Shown: piece by piece, positions 13,200-24,511 of the stretch
Layout of the letters: every line of letters starts with the position of its first letter
How positions within the stretch are numbered: position 1 is the first letter of the stretch
The notes under the pieces: generated by a model
What the model was told of the DNA's origin: nothing
The model's input: only the letters and a program-made list of their open reading frames with translations
Database searches by the model: none
NCBI GenBank assembly: GCA_950097015.1
Contig: CATNEN010000037.1
Location: forward strand, 4,464,001-4,528,000
DNA: 64,000 bases
Direction of reading: 5' to 3'
Source of the DNA: Macrostomum hystrix
Lineage: Eukaryota; Animalia; Platyhelminthes
Made by a program: the position numbers and the translations under genes

Positions 13200-13680
13200 T
13201 GTCAAACCACAGAGTCAAGAAGTAGGTGTCAGTAGGTGGGGTGTCAGTACTAGGGGTGTCAGTACTAGGGGTGTCAGTAGGAGGGGTGTCAGTACTAGGG
13301 GTGTCAGTAGGAGGGGTGTCAGTAGGAGGGGTGTCAGTACTAGGGTGTCAGTTGGAGGGGTGTCAGTACTAGGGGTGTCAGTAGGAGGGGTGTCAGTACT
13401 AGGGGTGTCAGTTGGAGGGGTGTCAGTACTAGGGGTGTCAGTTGGAGGGGTGTAAGTAGGAGGGTGTCAGTACTAGGGGTGTCAGTTGGAGGGGTGTAAG
13501 TAGGAGGGGTGTCAGTAGGAGGGGTGTCAGTACTAGGGGTGTCAGTTGGAGGGGTGTCAGTCGGAGGCGTGTCAGTAGAAAAGTCGTCATTAACGGGGAT
13601 GTCGGCATGAGGGGTGTCAGCAAGAGGGTGTCAGTAAGGGGTGTCAGTAATAGGATATCAGCTATAGGGTATCAGTATCA
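13200..13680. repeat. ~16-17-bp tandem repeat (GGGGTGTCAGTACTAG)
   Basis: Direct reading. Confidence 0.9.
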
Positions 13681-14584
13681 GCAGGAGGTTGTCTAAAAGT
13701 ACAATCAGACTCAGAAGAAATTATCGGAACATTTGGCATGATAAAACGAAGAATCAAATTCGCAGTGGTGAGGAATAACAGAGCGCAATTAAGTACAGGT
13801 AGTGTACTATATTACATCCTACTGCAGCGGTGGGCGTTCCAATTCACCTTTTATCTGGCTCCTAATTTGCTCAAACTGATGAATTTCAATATGAAACGGG
13901 CGCCAAACTCGGTAGCTAATAACAATGGGCATCCTATATAGGACATGTTGTTAAAAAAAGTAGCATCAAGTTGCGCCAAACACAAGCGGTTGACGCACCA
14001 ATTTAAACAAAAAATCACCTTTGTATTGTTATACAAAACTTCAAGATGCAATTTAGCGTTATTACCGCAAGACAAAACAACATCTCACGAATCATGACTG
14101 AGTGTGTGTGAACGGAATATTATCTGAATAGTACAATAATATTCTTTAAAAGTTGTCGAATTGGTAGCATCACCAATTTATAGAAGCATTGAAACATGCA
14201 CATAATTGTAAATACAATAAAGTGCCTTTGTTTTACCAGTTTTGAGGTTGATAGATTAATTTTCTTTCAAAGACTAACAAAACTGCGGAATCTGAAGAAG
14301 CAATGGAAAATCAAATCTCAAAAGTGGTAATCAACTAAATCGATAAAAATATAAATAGCACTATTATCAATAAGCAATAGAGGAGTCGTTATGACAATAG
14401 GCTGGTTTCTATAGCAACAGATATTCGACCAAAATAATAATGTTCTTGCTAATAATATCGTTATCATCATAGCAACGGAGAAGTCACCATAGCAACGAAT
14501 ATTTTTATCGTGACAATGGAAAATTAGTTATAGCTAAGGGGACTTTTACATAATAAGAATTGCAATTTGCATGTTGTGTGTGAG

Positions 14585-14765
14585 AGTTGTAGCCTGAAGT
14601 CTGGGGTTCGATTCCCGACTCCACTGGAACAATTTGTGTCATTCAGCAAGACACTTAACTCTGCATTGCTTCAGTTCACCCAGCTGTTAAATGGGTACCA
14701 GCATTAGCTGGGGTACTTGAGGGTGGGTGTGGCGTCCCCCCAGTCCATGGACTGTGACCTTAACA
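14585..14765 (+). mobile_element. tRNA-derived CORE-like SINE, family A
   Basis: B-box GGTTCGATTCCC, then GTGTCATTCAGCAAGACACTTAACTC...CCCAGCTGTTAAATGGGTACC resembling the CORE domain, then tail GGTGGGTGTGGCG...CCAGTCCATGGACTG shared with other copies. Confidence 0.7.
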
Positions 14766-14906
14766 ATAAGGATGTTTGAACATTTGGAAAGAAATCCAAT
14801 CAAAGGCGAATATTTTCTATTAGAATGATGGCACAAAATGCGAGCCACCCGGCTGACACGCAGGGCGACAGTCTTTCTTTAAATAGACAAACAATCAGTA
14901 GACTGC

Positions 14907-17900
14907 TCAGGCCAGATTGTCGTGACTCTTTGAGAAGCGCACTGGGAAGCTGGGACTGCGGCCAATCTTTGGCAGGTTGCTAATCAGCTGGAACAGGTCC
15001 GAGAACTGCGGCCGCTGGGTCTTTTCAAAGGTCCAGCACTTCAGAACAATGTCCTGGAATTGAGGCGCGACAGGTTTTTATTCATACCTAAATGACAATG
15101 CACTTTTAAGCGTACAAGCTGGCTACATAAAATACATACAATTGGAGAGGCCTGCTCAGATGTGTTTGCTTATGGCTTAAGCTTACAAAAGCTGCAAATC
15201 CAACTCGAAAGGTTTAACGAAATACGAATCCTAACAAAGGAAAAACAGCTAGAAAGACTGGCATTCGGTAAAAAATAAGCTTTAAGAAATCCACAAAAAG
15301 AGCAAACAGTAACTGCAAAAATGAGAAAGTGCTATATTGCCCGAAATGAGGAAACTGCAATCCCCAAAATGAGGAAACTGCAATCCCCAAAATGAGGAAA
15401 CTGCAATCCCCAAAATTAGGAAACTGCAATCCCCAAAATGAGGAAACTGCAATCCCCAAAATGAGGAAACTGCAATCCCCAAAATGAGGAAACTGCAATC
15501 CTCAAAATGAGGAAACTGCAATCCCCAAAATGAGGAAACTGGAATCCCCAAAATGAGGAAACTGCAATCCCCAAAATGAGGAAACTGCAATCCTCAAAAT
15601 CAGGAAACTGCAATCCTCAAAATGAGGAAACTGCAATCCTCAAAATGAGGAAACTGCTATCCCCAAAATGAGGAAACTGCAATCCCCAAAACGAGGAAAC
15701 TGCAATCCCCAAAATGAAGAAACTGCAGAATAGCTGCAGGTGACTCACCTTGTAGTTGGATGGCAGACCGATGTCGCCAAGGCTCTGCATGATGCCGTTG
15801 CCAGCTTTCCATATCACCGCTTCGACCGCAAGCCGCTTATAGGGCCACTGCTTAGTCATTAGCTCGTACCACAGAGTGCTGCGGTGTCAGAATGGCGAGT
15901 GGACTAAAATATATTGCTAGGAAATAATCGGGAAACCACTAACCTGGAAACCACCCAACGCAATACTCGGTAGACCACAAAAAATAACAATCTGGAAACC
16001 ACCCAACGCAATACTCGGTAGACCACAAAAAATAACAATCTGGAAACCACCCAAGAAAATAACCGGGAAACCGTCAAATCTGATAATCAAGAAATCAAAT
16101 GTGATAATCAAGAAGTCAAATGTGATAATCAAGAAGTCAAATGTGATAATCAAGAAGTCAAATGTGATAATCAAGAAGCCAAATGTGATAATCAATAAGC
16201 CAAATGTGATAATCAAGAAGCCAAATGTGATAATCAATAAGCCAAATGTGATAATCAAGAAGCCAAAGGTGATAATCAAGAAGCCAAAGGTGATAATCAA
16301 GAAGCCAAAAGTCGCAAAGAAAAATGACCGGCCGCATTACCCGAAGGCGAACACGTCCGTCTCCTTGGAGAACTGCAGCGTCTTCATGCCGCCTTGAAGG
16401 CAGCGAAGCAGCTCGGGCGCCAGGTAGCACAGCCAGCCAGGGGGCACTTGGAGACAGGCCGGGCCCTTACGAGTGGCCTCCGCCATGCGGGTCCAGTTAA
16501 ACAGAGCATAGTCTGTGATGACAGCCTTGACTGCATTGTTTGCCAGAAATTCGATGAACACATTCTTTGAGCGCAGATCGGCGTGCACAATGTCCCTGGC
16601 GTGCAGGTAGCCCATGCCCTGCACAATCTGCTGAGCCACGGCTACACACCTGGTCACAGTAAAGCGAGCCTGATTGGTTGGCTGTTCTCGCAGCTCGTGA
16701 TATAGGCTGTGGCCCTTGCACAGCGCGGTCACAATGCACAGATTCTTAGGGTCCAAGCAGGCGCCAAGGAACAGGGCCAGGTTCTCGTGCCGGGTCATGG
16801 CCGCCTTCTTGACGTCCAGCTTGAAGGTCTGAAGGACGGCCCGGCCGGCCTCTTCGTCGAATTCGGCTGAGGCGGTGTCGCGCGGCTTGCGCAGAAATTT
16901 CACGGCCACCTCGCCGTGCCACAGGCCGCGACTGACGCTGCAGAAGTTGCCAGTGCCCAGTAGCTCCTTGACGATTAGTTCGTCGAAGGGGATCTCCCAT
17001 TTCTTAACTAGATCGCCGGCAGCCGTGCCATCTGTGTAGTCGCCAGAGATCTCCGGGCCGAAGCTGCTGTTCCAGCTCTCCTCATCCGGTTGGATTTGAA
17101 TCTTAGCGGCGGGAGCTGGGGCGCTGCCGAACAGTTTTGGTGGGAAGGCGAACACGTTGCCACCGCTGCTCTTAGTGACAGACGCTGGCGCCTGGGGCGA
17201 GTGCCCGGGTCCGCCACCGCCGCCTCCAGCCAGCTGACTAGGCGATCGCGGCGTCGACGGCGTGTTGGACGAGCTGGGATTTGAGCTGGAGTCGGCGCCT
17301 CGACCGCCGGCGTTGGCGGCGGCAGCCGATGCGGCTGCGGCTGCTGCCGCCGTAGCGTGTGAAGTTACGACTAGGTCGCGCTGTAGGCCGCGAGTGTCCT
17401 TTGCCAGGTGATAATTGCAGGCGCCAGCATTGCCGATGCATTTCCGGTGGCAGCGCTTGTTACACTGGACGCAGCGGCGCGGATGATTGAGCATCCGCTC
17501 GAAGCAGACGCTGCACTTGGTGCCGAACAGCTTGTAGGCGTCCCACTTGTGACCATAGGAGCCGCCAGCCGAGTCAACCACCTGCTGCTCCGGCAGCTCA
17601 GATGTTGATTTTCGCTGCTTGTGGCCGCTGCGGCTAACATAATTCTGCATGTTAGATTCAACCGAGGAGCTCCGCGGAATCAGCGGCGGATGGTTGGTAT
17701 TCATGATGTTGTAGAGCAGGCGCGGACTAGCCGGCGGCGGCGTTCCGCTCAGCGACCGGTTCGGCTGGTTGGCCGGACCCGGCGTGGCCGGCAGGGAACC
17801 GCTGTTGACGGAGGCGGCCGTCGAGATGCCGCCCTCCGGACTTCGCCGCATCGGAGAGTCCACCGAGTTGACGCCGGCCAGATCGGAGGAGCCGGGACCG

Positions 17901-18955
17901 CCGAGTGTCGACGAAGCGGCGGTGGACCCGTCGACATCGGCTAAGCCGCCGAGGCCGGCTCCGCCAATGTCAGAATCGTCCGTTGTCCCGCCAACCTCGC
18001 CTTGCGGCGGCGTCGTCGGACTGGCGGACCTCGGACTGGCCACTGACGGATAGGCGACCTCAACCAGCGAGTTGGGCGCCTCTAGAAACTGCTGATAGTA
18101 CTGCTGCACCAGCTGGTAGCAGCGCACGCAGCGCTCCACGGTGCTGTCTGGTGTCTGCAACTCGGCCAGCAATTCCAGCAGGCGCGGCTTGTCCAACCGG
18201 ACCAGCTCGAGTAGGGTCCAGTTGCGAACCACCTGGGTGGCAATAATTCAAGCGGAGTAGACTAAATGAGAGTGTACATGTGAGAGTGTGACTGACGATG
18301 AAGGCGAAGTCAAAGTCAGTGCCCATTCCGCTGACGCCTGAGCACACATGTACACTGATACCACCGTGCATTGGCACACACTCTAACAGGTGTGTACATC
18401 TGCGCTGAATTTTTCATTGTCATGTATTGTGCACTCCCTTAAGGGACTTTGTGTCTAGAGGTAAAACAGCTTTAACCGCTCTGCCACTCACTCTCTAAAC
18501 GAAAAGGATACAAGTACCGTAGAAAGATACAGGTAACCCAAATTACAAATAAAATGAAATACACATTTATTTTCCGAGGAAGCCTAGAAGTCCATAGTCT
18601 CAATAAATCCGAATAGACGGAATTAACTAACCTGCAGCACTGCCCGTTCCTCGAGCTCTACAACGTGCATCAGCCACTGGTCAGTCTTGGGAATGGCGCA
18701 GGCCTGTCGCACCTCGGCAGCTTCCTCGGGTGGCATCCGACTCAGGGCGCAGAGCTGATCTGCGTAGAAGGCGCACAGTTTAGCCTCGGCCTGCTGGCAT
18801 TCAACTGGCGGAGCTCGGTGCTGGCCGAGCTGGGAGCACAGCCGGCGAAGGGGTATCAGTTCCTTGTCCACAGTCAGGTTGATGAGGTTCTGCACGTGCC
18901 GACAGTGGGTGGCCAACGGCCTGGATTCCACCGCGGCAGAGTTCAAAGCTGACAT
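14907..18955 (-). CDS. ksr: Kinase suppressor of Ras (KSR)-like kinase, ~830 aa, 4 exons
   Basis: Exons 18955-18632, 18232-16341, 15878-15749, 15053-14907 splice in frame. N-terminal region resembling the KSR CC-SAM/CA1 region, C1 zinc finger (HKW...CSVC...CVQCNKRCHRKC...C), Raf/KSR-type kinase (WEIPFDEL, WHGEVAVK, TRHENLALFLGAC, HADLRSKNVF, YLAPELLR, DVFAFGTLWYEL) and C-terminal RSPSFP. Confidence 0.88.
15340..15725. repeat. 23-bp tandem repeat (AAAATGAGGAAACTGCAATCCCC) in KSR intron 3, ~16 units
   Basis: Direct reading. Confidence 0.95.
15930..16320. repeat. KSR intron 2 repeats: short 48-bp duplication followed by a 21-bp array (AAATGTGATAATCAAGAAGCC)
   Basis: Direct reading. Confidence 0.9.
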
Positions 18956-21900
18956 GCCTTGAGCAGGCCGGTAATTGGCTACTGTCTTGCAATAATCAGT
19001 TTATACTAAAACTTGGCAATGAGGATCGCCTGCTGAGTCTAAAATAATGCACTACTAGACAGCGAAACGGCACCAGTGGCCGCCTCGCTTTGCTTCTCCC
19101 AGCTGGGACAATGCAGACTCTGCAAATCGGTACAGTTCACAAATTATAGGTTGATGACGGGAGTACAAGTAGGTACATAGAGCAGAGACTATAAGTTTTT
19201 GTAATCTAGTAAGTCATATTTGCCATGTGCCAAGGAGACTAATTGTCATTGGCAATTGTCATTGGCATTCTCTTCGAATTTGTACTATACTATAGAATCC
19301 AGAATATGTAAGCCAACATATCCATCATTTAAGGAATACAACTTCTATGAGCTCTGTAAAAATAACAATTCCACAATGTGTTGAGTATAATATATAGTCT
19401 TATTTAAAGCTTAAGTGCATGTATAAAATCACAATGCACTTTAGCCATCAAAGCAAATCCTTATCAGACTCCAAAGTAAGGAGCCAACTAACTTAGTTAG
19501 ACCTAAGAATCACTTCAACAAAAACAAGTATCCCAATATATGTTCCTATTATAGACTGTCATATGGAATAGGCCTAAAATACTAAAAAAAGCTGAAAACC
19601 ATGATGTCTCAATGCTAATGAAAACAGGATCTTTATATATATAACTGCTTGATATTGTTTTTGAAATTCACAAAATAGAAATGTATCTAAATTTTAATAT
19701 CTTGTAGTATTGATATTGGCATAAATAGCAACTAGTTAAAATAAACCTGTTCAATTTTTCATCAAACGTAATCTTGACTATTATTACAGAAACTTGACTA
19801 TTGTGTTATGAAAATATATTGATATAGAACAAGAATTGTTTTGCTTGATAAATATGCTAAATAGTATAGCTTAGCTAACATATATTTTTAGAAGAAAAAA
19901 ATAGAATTCAAATTGCTGACAATAACTTAAAAATAATAAAGGCCCCAAATTGATTTATCTTTTGTAACTACAACTATATCAACCCATTTTTCATCTTAGA
20001 AATCAAACTAGACCTAGAAAGAAATTCAGCATTTTTATATTGTATAAGGTACCTTATTATATATAAAAATTTAGGCCGATACCTTATTTAATGTTGTAAT
20101 AAATCACATTTATTTTATGGCACATAGCATGACACTATATAACATATCAATAGGCTAGATATATCTCATGATCATGTATTTTGACATTCAAAAAAACATT
20201 TTCAGAAAACTTAAGTGACTAGGCAAGGTATCAAAGTCCAATAGAGTCCGAGTCAAAAAGGTTGGTCTATCACACTGAAATTGAACTACTTAATAGAGCC
20301 AATTACCAAACTTGTGGCAGTCAAGAAAAAGATATTCTTGACACAAACTCTTGAAGAAAAGTTTCAAATAAAGTAAAGAACAGAAACATTGCCAACATGT
20401 CACTGAATTCCAAATATATAAATAATTGCTAGTCAAAGTCTCAGACTAACTTAAAGGGCTTTATTTTTTTATTATAATACCCTTTGCTAATTCTGTGTTG
20501 ACTTATTGACTATTTAGCAGAATATTGAGGTTTAGTAACTTTAGAAAAACTTTAGCAAAATCATTTCAATTAGATAACATTATTAATAATTGTTTAATGC
20601 TTTGCATATAAGCCATAGTATTTAAGGAAAGTAGCTGAAATTAATTAGTTAACAATAATTTGTACAATAAAAAAACTTTTTATTAAGTTTCTGACTGAAT
20701 GAATAAACTACAAGACTAACTCGTACATTCTTTTAAATAAAGTCACATTTTAAATTGTTTTTTACACAACTTAGGGGTTAAATTAAGATTTTCTTTAGTC
20801 ACAAATTTATTTTCGTGAAATGATAAAGTACTAGCAGTTTAAAGTACTTTCAATGCTTCATAGATGATAGCTATTTGGTATAGATGAACACGTCAAAATA
20901 ATAGACAAAACAGACAATAGACAAAATAGACAAAGTTTCGATTTCCATGCTTCTTTTTAGTACTAAAATGGTATGTTTATGAAAAAAATCATTTCTGATT
21001 CAGTAATCAGTAATGTCAAAAAAATCGCAGAAATTTGCAATCGCACAGGTGCCTAGATTTTTAGAGTAGCTTTGCAGAAAACCTGGATAAGTTTCGAAGA
21101 ATATATATTTTTGTTCCGGTTTTGAAAGTAAACTTACGCATTATAACAAAAACGTACAATAATTACGATAACTAGACATAAGTAGGCGAATGCGTGACTA
21201 AACTCAAGCGCATTCCTAAAAATACTACTGCTGGCAAAGACACATCAAGTACAATAGTTTTCGCAAAAACTAACTTAATATTTTACATTTTTGATACAAT
21301 GCCCTTTGATAATTTTAATTGTTAGAGAGCTAAACTATAACTAACATTTAGTCGCAGTTTAGTAAAAATTATATTATTAATTTATTCTAATTTTATCAGG
21401 GGCATCAATAAAAAACAAATTGCATCAAGACAAAGAACAGTCTTTTCGGTAATATAATTTAGTAGGCAAATATTAATATTACTATTATATTAATATTATA
21501 TTACTATTAATATTAATATTAATATTATAAATATTAAAAAAATATTATATAAGGATTTCGATATGTATTTGGTTTGGTACCTAGATTTGAATTAAAAAAC
21601 TAATAGAAGTCAAGATTTACTATTTAAGAAATTAATATTAACATACTGTAATGCTTGTCTCTTTGTCTTTCGAAGTATTAAAAGTCGTATTGAACAAAAA
21701 ATTTTACTTTTCTTGGCGTATCAGTAAATATTCTTTGTTCCGACTGATGCACGCCTCAATGGTATTCCTGTAGTCGTGAGTGTCTAGAAACGGAATTTAG
21801 AAGTGCACTGGCTTGAGATATGGTAAAATTTTTGCGCATGATCAAATTTGAGTCAAAATGTGTTTGTGATACGAGCAGTATACGAGCGAGGGGTGGGTAT

Positions 21901-21993
21901 GGATAATCAGTCGTTGGTTGAATCCGGAAGGGCACTGCTTGAAGATGTTTGCATGGCAACGCGCCTATTGTTTCTCAGACATATTATTAGTGA

Positions 21994-23589
21994 TCAAAAG
22001 CTGCGGAAAGCATTCAGCAATCCGCCAGCAGCAGCAGTAAGCAGCATCAAAGAGACGCCGCCAATGGCATCGATAGACCTAGCCGAGTTGCAGCGATCGC
22101 CAGCACAGACACACTCAATGCTAGCCGTGACGGCTGAGTCGGTGCGTGAGCATCCCGTCCATTGCGGTGATTCGACGCAGTACTTGTACTCCAAGTTGCG
22201 CACTGTGCCTGCAAGAAATTGGATAGAAAATTGGATAGACAGGTTGATACTCGTAGAAATGACACCTATAATATAGTTATTCCAATTGCGCCAGTTTTAT
22301 ATCCAGTGCCACAGCCACAGCTATTGCTATGATTTAGTGAAAGGCAGCGATTAATCTCTATCCAGTCTATGGACTGGTGGACCGCCACACCCACCTACAT
22401 TTCTACCCCAGCTAATGCGGGTACCCATTTTAATTTACAACCGGGTTAACTGAAGCAACAAGAAATAAAGGCATTTCTCAAGGTCAAGGACACAAAATGT
22501 TTCCCATTGGGCTGAGATTCGAAGTTCGGACCTCTCCGTCAAAAGTCCGAGGCTCCCGACCACAAGGCTGCAAGCTCCCTTGCGATATACAGATACGAGC
22601 CATAGGAGGGAATTATTGCCTCTATCGATTTTCCACGTTTCATGGGATTCTCATTTACAAACAAAATCTAAATCATGATATCACAATAATACAAAAGAAC
22701 CTGCCTCGTAGGCCTACGTAAGTTAGTTTTTGCGGCGGCTTGGGGTTCCACACTCGTAGCTTTCCGCAGGCGGTACTGAAAATTATTTCGATTCACCTTA
22801 TAGTAATGAATGGAGCTTACTAAAGAGGAAAACCAGCCTTGTCTATTTTCTGTATATGGCTAAAAGACTGGCTGTTCACCTTTGGGGATCTGGGGGGATT
22901 GATATATAGTTAATCTTTGGGGATCTGGGAGGATTGATATATAGTTAATGTTTGGGGATCTGGAAGGATTGGTAGTTATTCTTTGGGGATCTGTTAGGAT
23001 TGGTAGTTAATCTTTGTGGATCTGACAGGATTGTTAGTTAATCATTGAGGATCTGACAGGATTGTTAGTTAATCTTTTAGGATCTGACAGGATTGTTAGT
23101 TAATCATTGAGCATCTGACAGGATTGTTAGTTAATCTTTTAGGATCTGACAGGATTGTTAGTTAATCATTGAGGATCTGACAGGATTGTTAGTTAATCTT
23201 TTGAGGATCTGGCAGGATTGTTAGTTAATCTTTAGGAACTGAGAGGATTAGCTATTTACCTTTAAGAATTTATAGTAGTATATTATGATTATAAGACTAC
23301 ACCAAGGCATGGACACGGGTCACCTCACCAGTTTCTCTCCGCGTAGGTGACCTTAGCGGTCAGGTTGTTGCTGGGAGCACAGTTAGACAGCTGGTTGCCG
23401 GGACACACGTAGCAGACAACTGCCATTGTCGAATGCGGCAGCGGAAGCAGGCCTGTAGAATATTTTATTGCGAATTCACAAACCTAATCAGTTTATTTAC
23501 CAATAACTAATACAAAAAGTCAACTTAATCTTACAGCACGCGAAAACGATGCAGGTCAGTAGATCAGGAAGAGAACACCCGCAAGCCAT
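21994..23589 (-). CDS. Ly6/uPAR (three-finger, quiver/sleepless-like) GPI-anchored protein
   Basis: Exon 23589-23535 plus 23452-23329 give signal peptide MACGCSLPDLLTCIVFACCLLPLPHSTMA then VVCYVCPGNQLSNC. A probable middle exon starts at 22775 (CTACGKLRVW...; its donor phase is unresolved). The last exon 22208-21994 gives YKYC...GC...CVCAGDRCNSA plus a hydrophobic tail. Confidence 0.7.
22361..22580 (-). mobile_element. CORE-like SINE family A copy in Ly6-gene intron
   Basis: Reverse complement shares GGGTACCNGCATTAGCTGGGGTA...GGTGGGTGTGGCG...CCAGTCCATRGACTG with 14585-14765 and has a tRNA-like head (TTCGAATCT). Confidence 0.7.
22880..23250. repeat. ~37-bp intronic tandem repeat (GGATCTGACAGGATTGTTAGTTAATC...)
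   Basis: Direct reading. Confidence 0.85.
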
Positions 23590-24511
23590 TTTCGGTAGAA
23601 ACTAAAAGTCATTCTTTGTCTTTTTTGCTACAAATTATTTTTTTTAAATGAGAAAAAATGTTCTCTGCAAAGTACACGAGACACGAGTGAACCTTTAACA
23701 GGTCTCACCAATTAAGCAGCTTATACAGCTCAGTAAGTTGATGCGCCACGCAGTGAATCCTGTAAAGGTAAGCTTTTCTACTTCGTAAGTGAGGATGCGG
23801 AAGCCAGCAGCGCCTAACGACAGGAAAATCTACAGAGCGGGGTTAGACTCACTTCAGCGCCTTTATACAAGTCAAGCATTTTCATTTTCTTCTCCAGGAC
23901 ACTGCACTCACACACGCATTGAGCGTGTACCTGTAAGTAGGAAAGAGGACGCGCAGCGAGAGGACCAATCCTGCAGTAGGCCACGTTGAAGAGCTCAATT
24001 TTAGGCATCACTATATTCTCTTCAACTTTCGTTGCTAGCTCTTTCCTCTCATTTAATATGCAGTTTTCTACCCTGCAGTATCCAATGGAGTTTAGTCAAA
24101 GTTCACTTCACATCTCCTCACTAAATCCCCAAGCCGATCTATCTAGTTTCATCCCATCTCTCTAACATTAGAGAGAAGCTTTCACAACCTGTCCATCTTT
24201 CTTGCCTCTTGGAAGTTTGAACCGAGTGAGTTGTCATTTAATATTATTGTGAAGACAAATTAATACCTCGCAAAAATGTGTGATCGTGTATACATAGAAA
24301 CGATTTATTAGCAATTTTAATTATTATAAATAGTTAAGCCACGACAATAGAACAATCTACAATGTTGTGCTTTTTACAAAAAAAATAAACTTAGAACTGC
24401 TGCTAGGCATTGCTGATGAGAGAAGAAAAGTACAGAATGAGTGCAAAACCAAACACTAACAAAAATCGCACTTAGAACTAAGTCAAAAGAGTTATACTCG
24501 TAATTGTCGAC

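Noticed and set aside
14585-14640. tRNA gene
   Set aside because: B-box only, no full cloverleaf; continues into a repeated SINE body.
17090-18246. Multiple plus-strand ORFs over KSR exon 2
   Set aside because: Expected antisense ORFs in GC-rich coding DNA.
19000-21800. AT-rich 2.8-kb stretch upstream of KSR
   Set aside because: No ORF, termini or repeat structure could be supported; treated as ordinary intergenic or promoter DNA.
21848-22276. 142-aa plus-strand ORF
   Set aside because: Antisense shadow of the Ly6 last exon; no recognisable domain.
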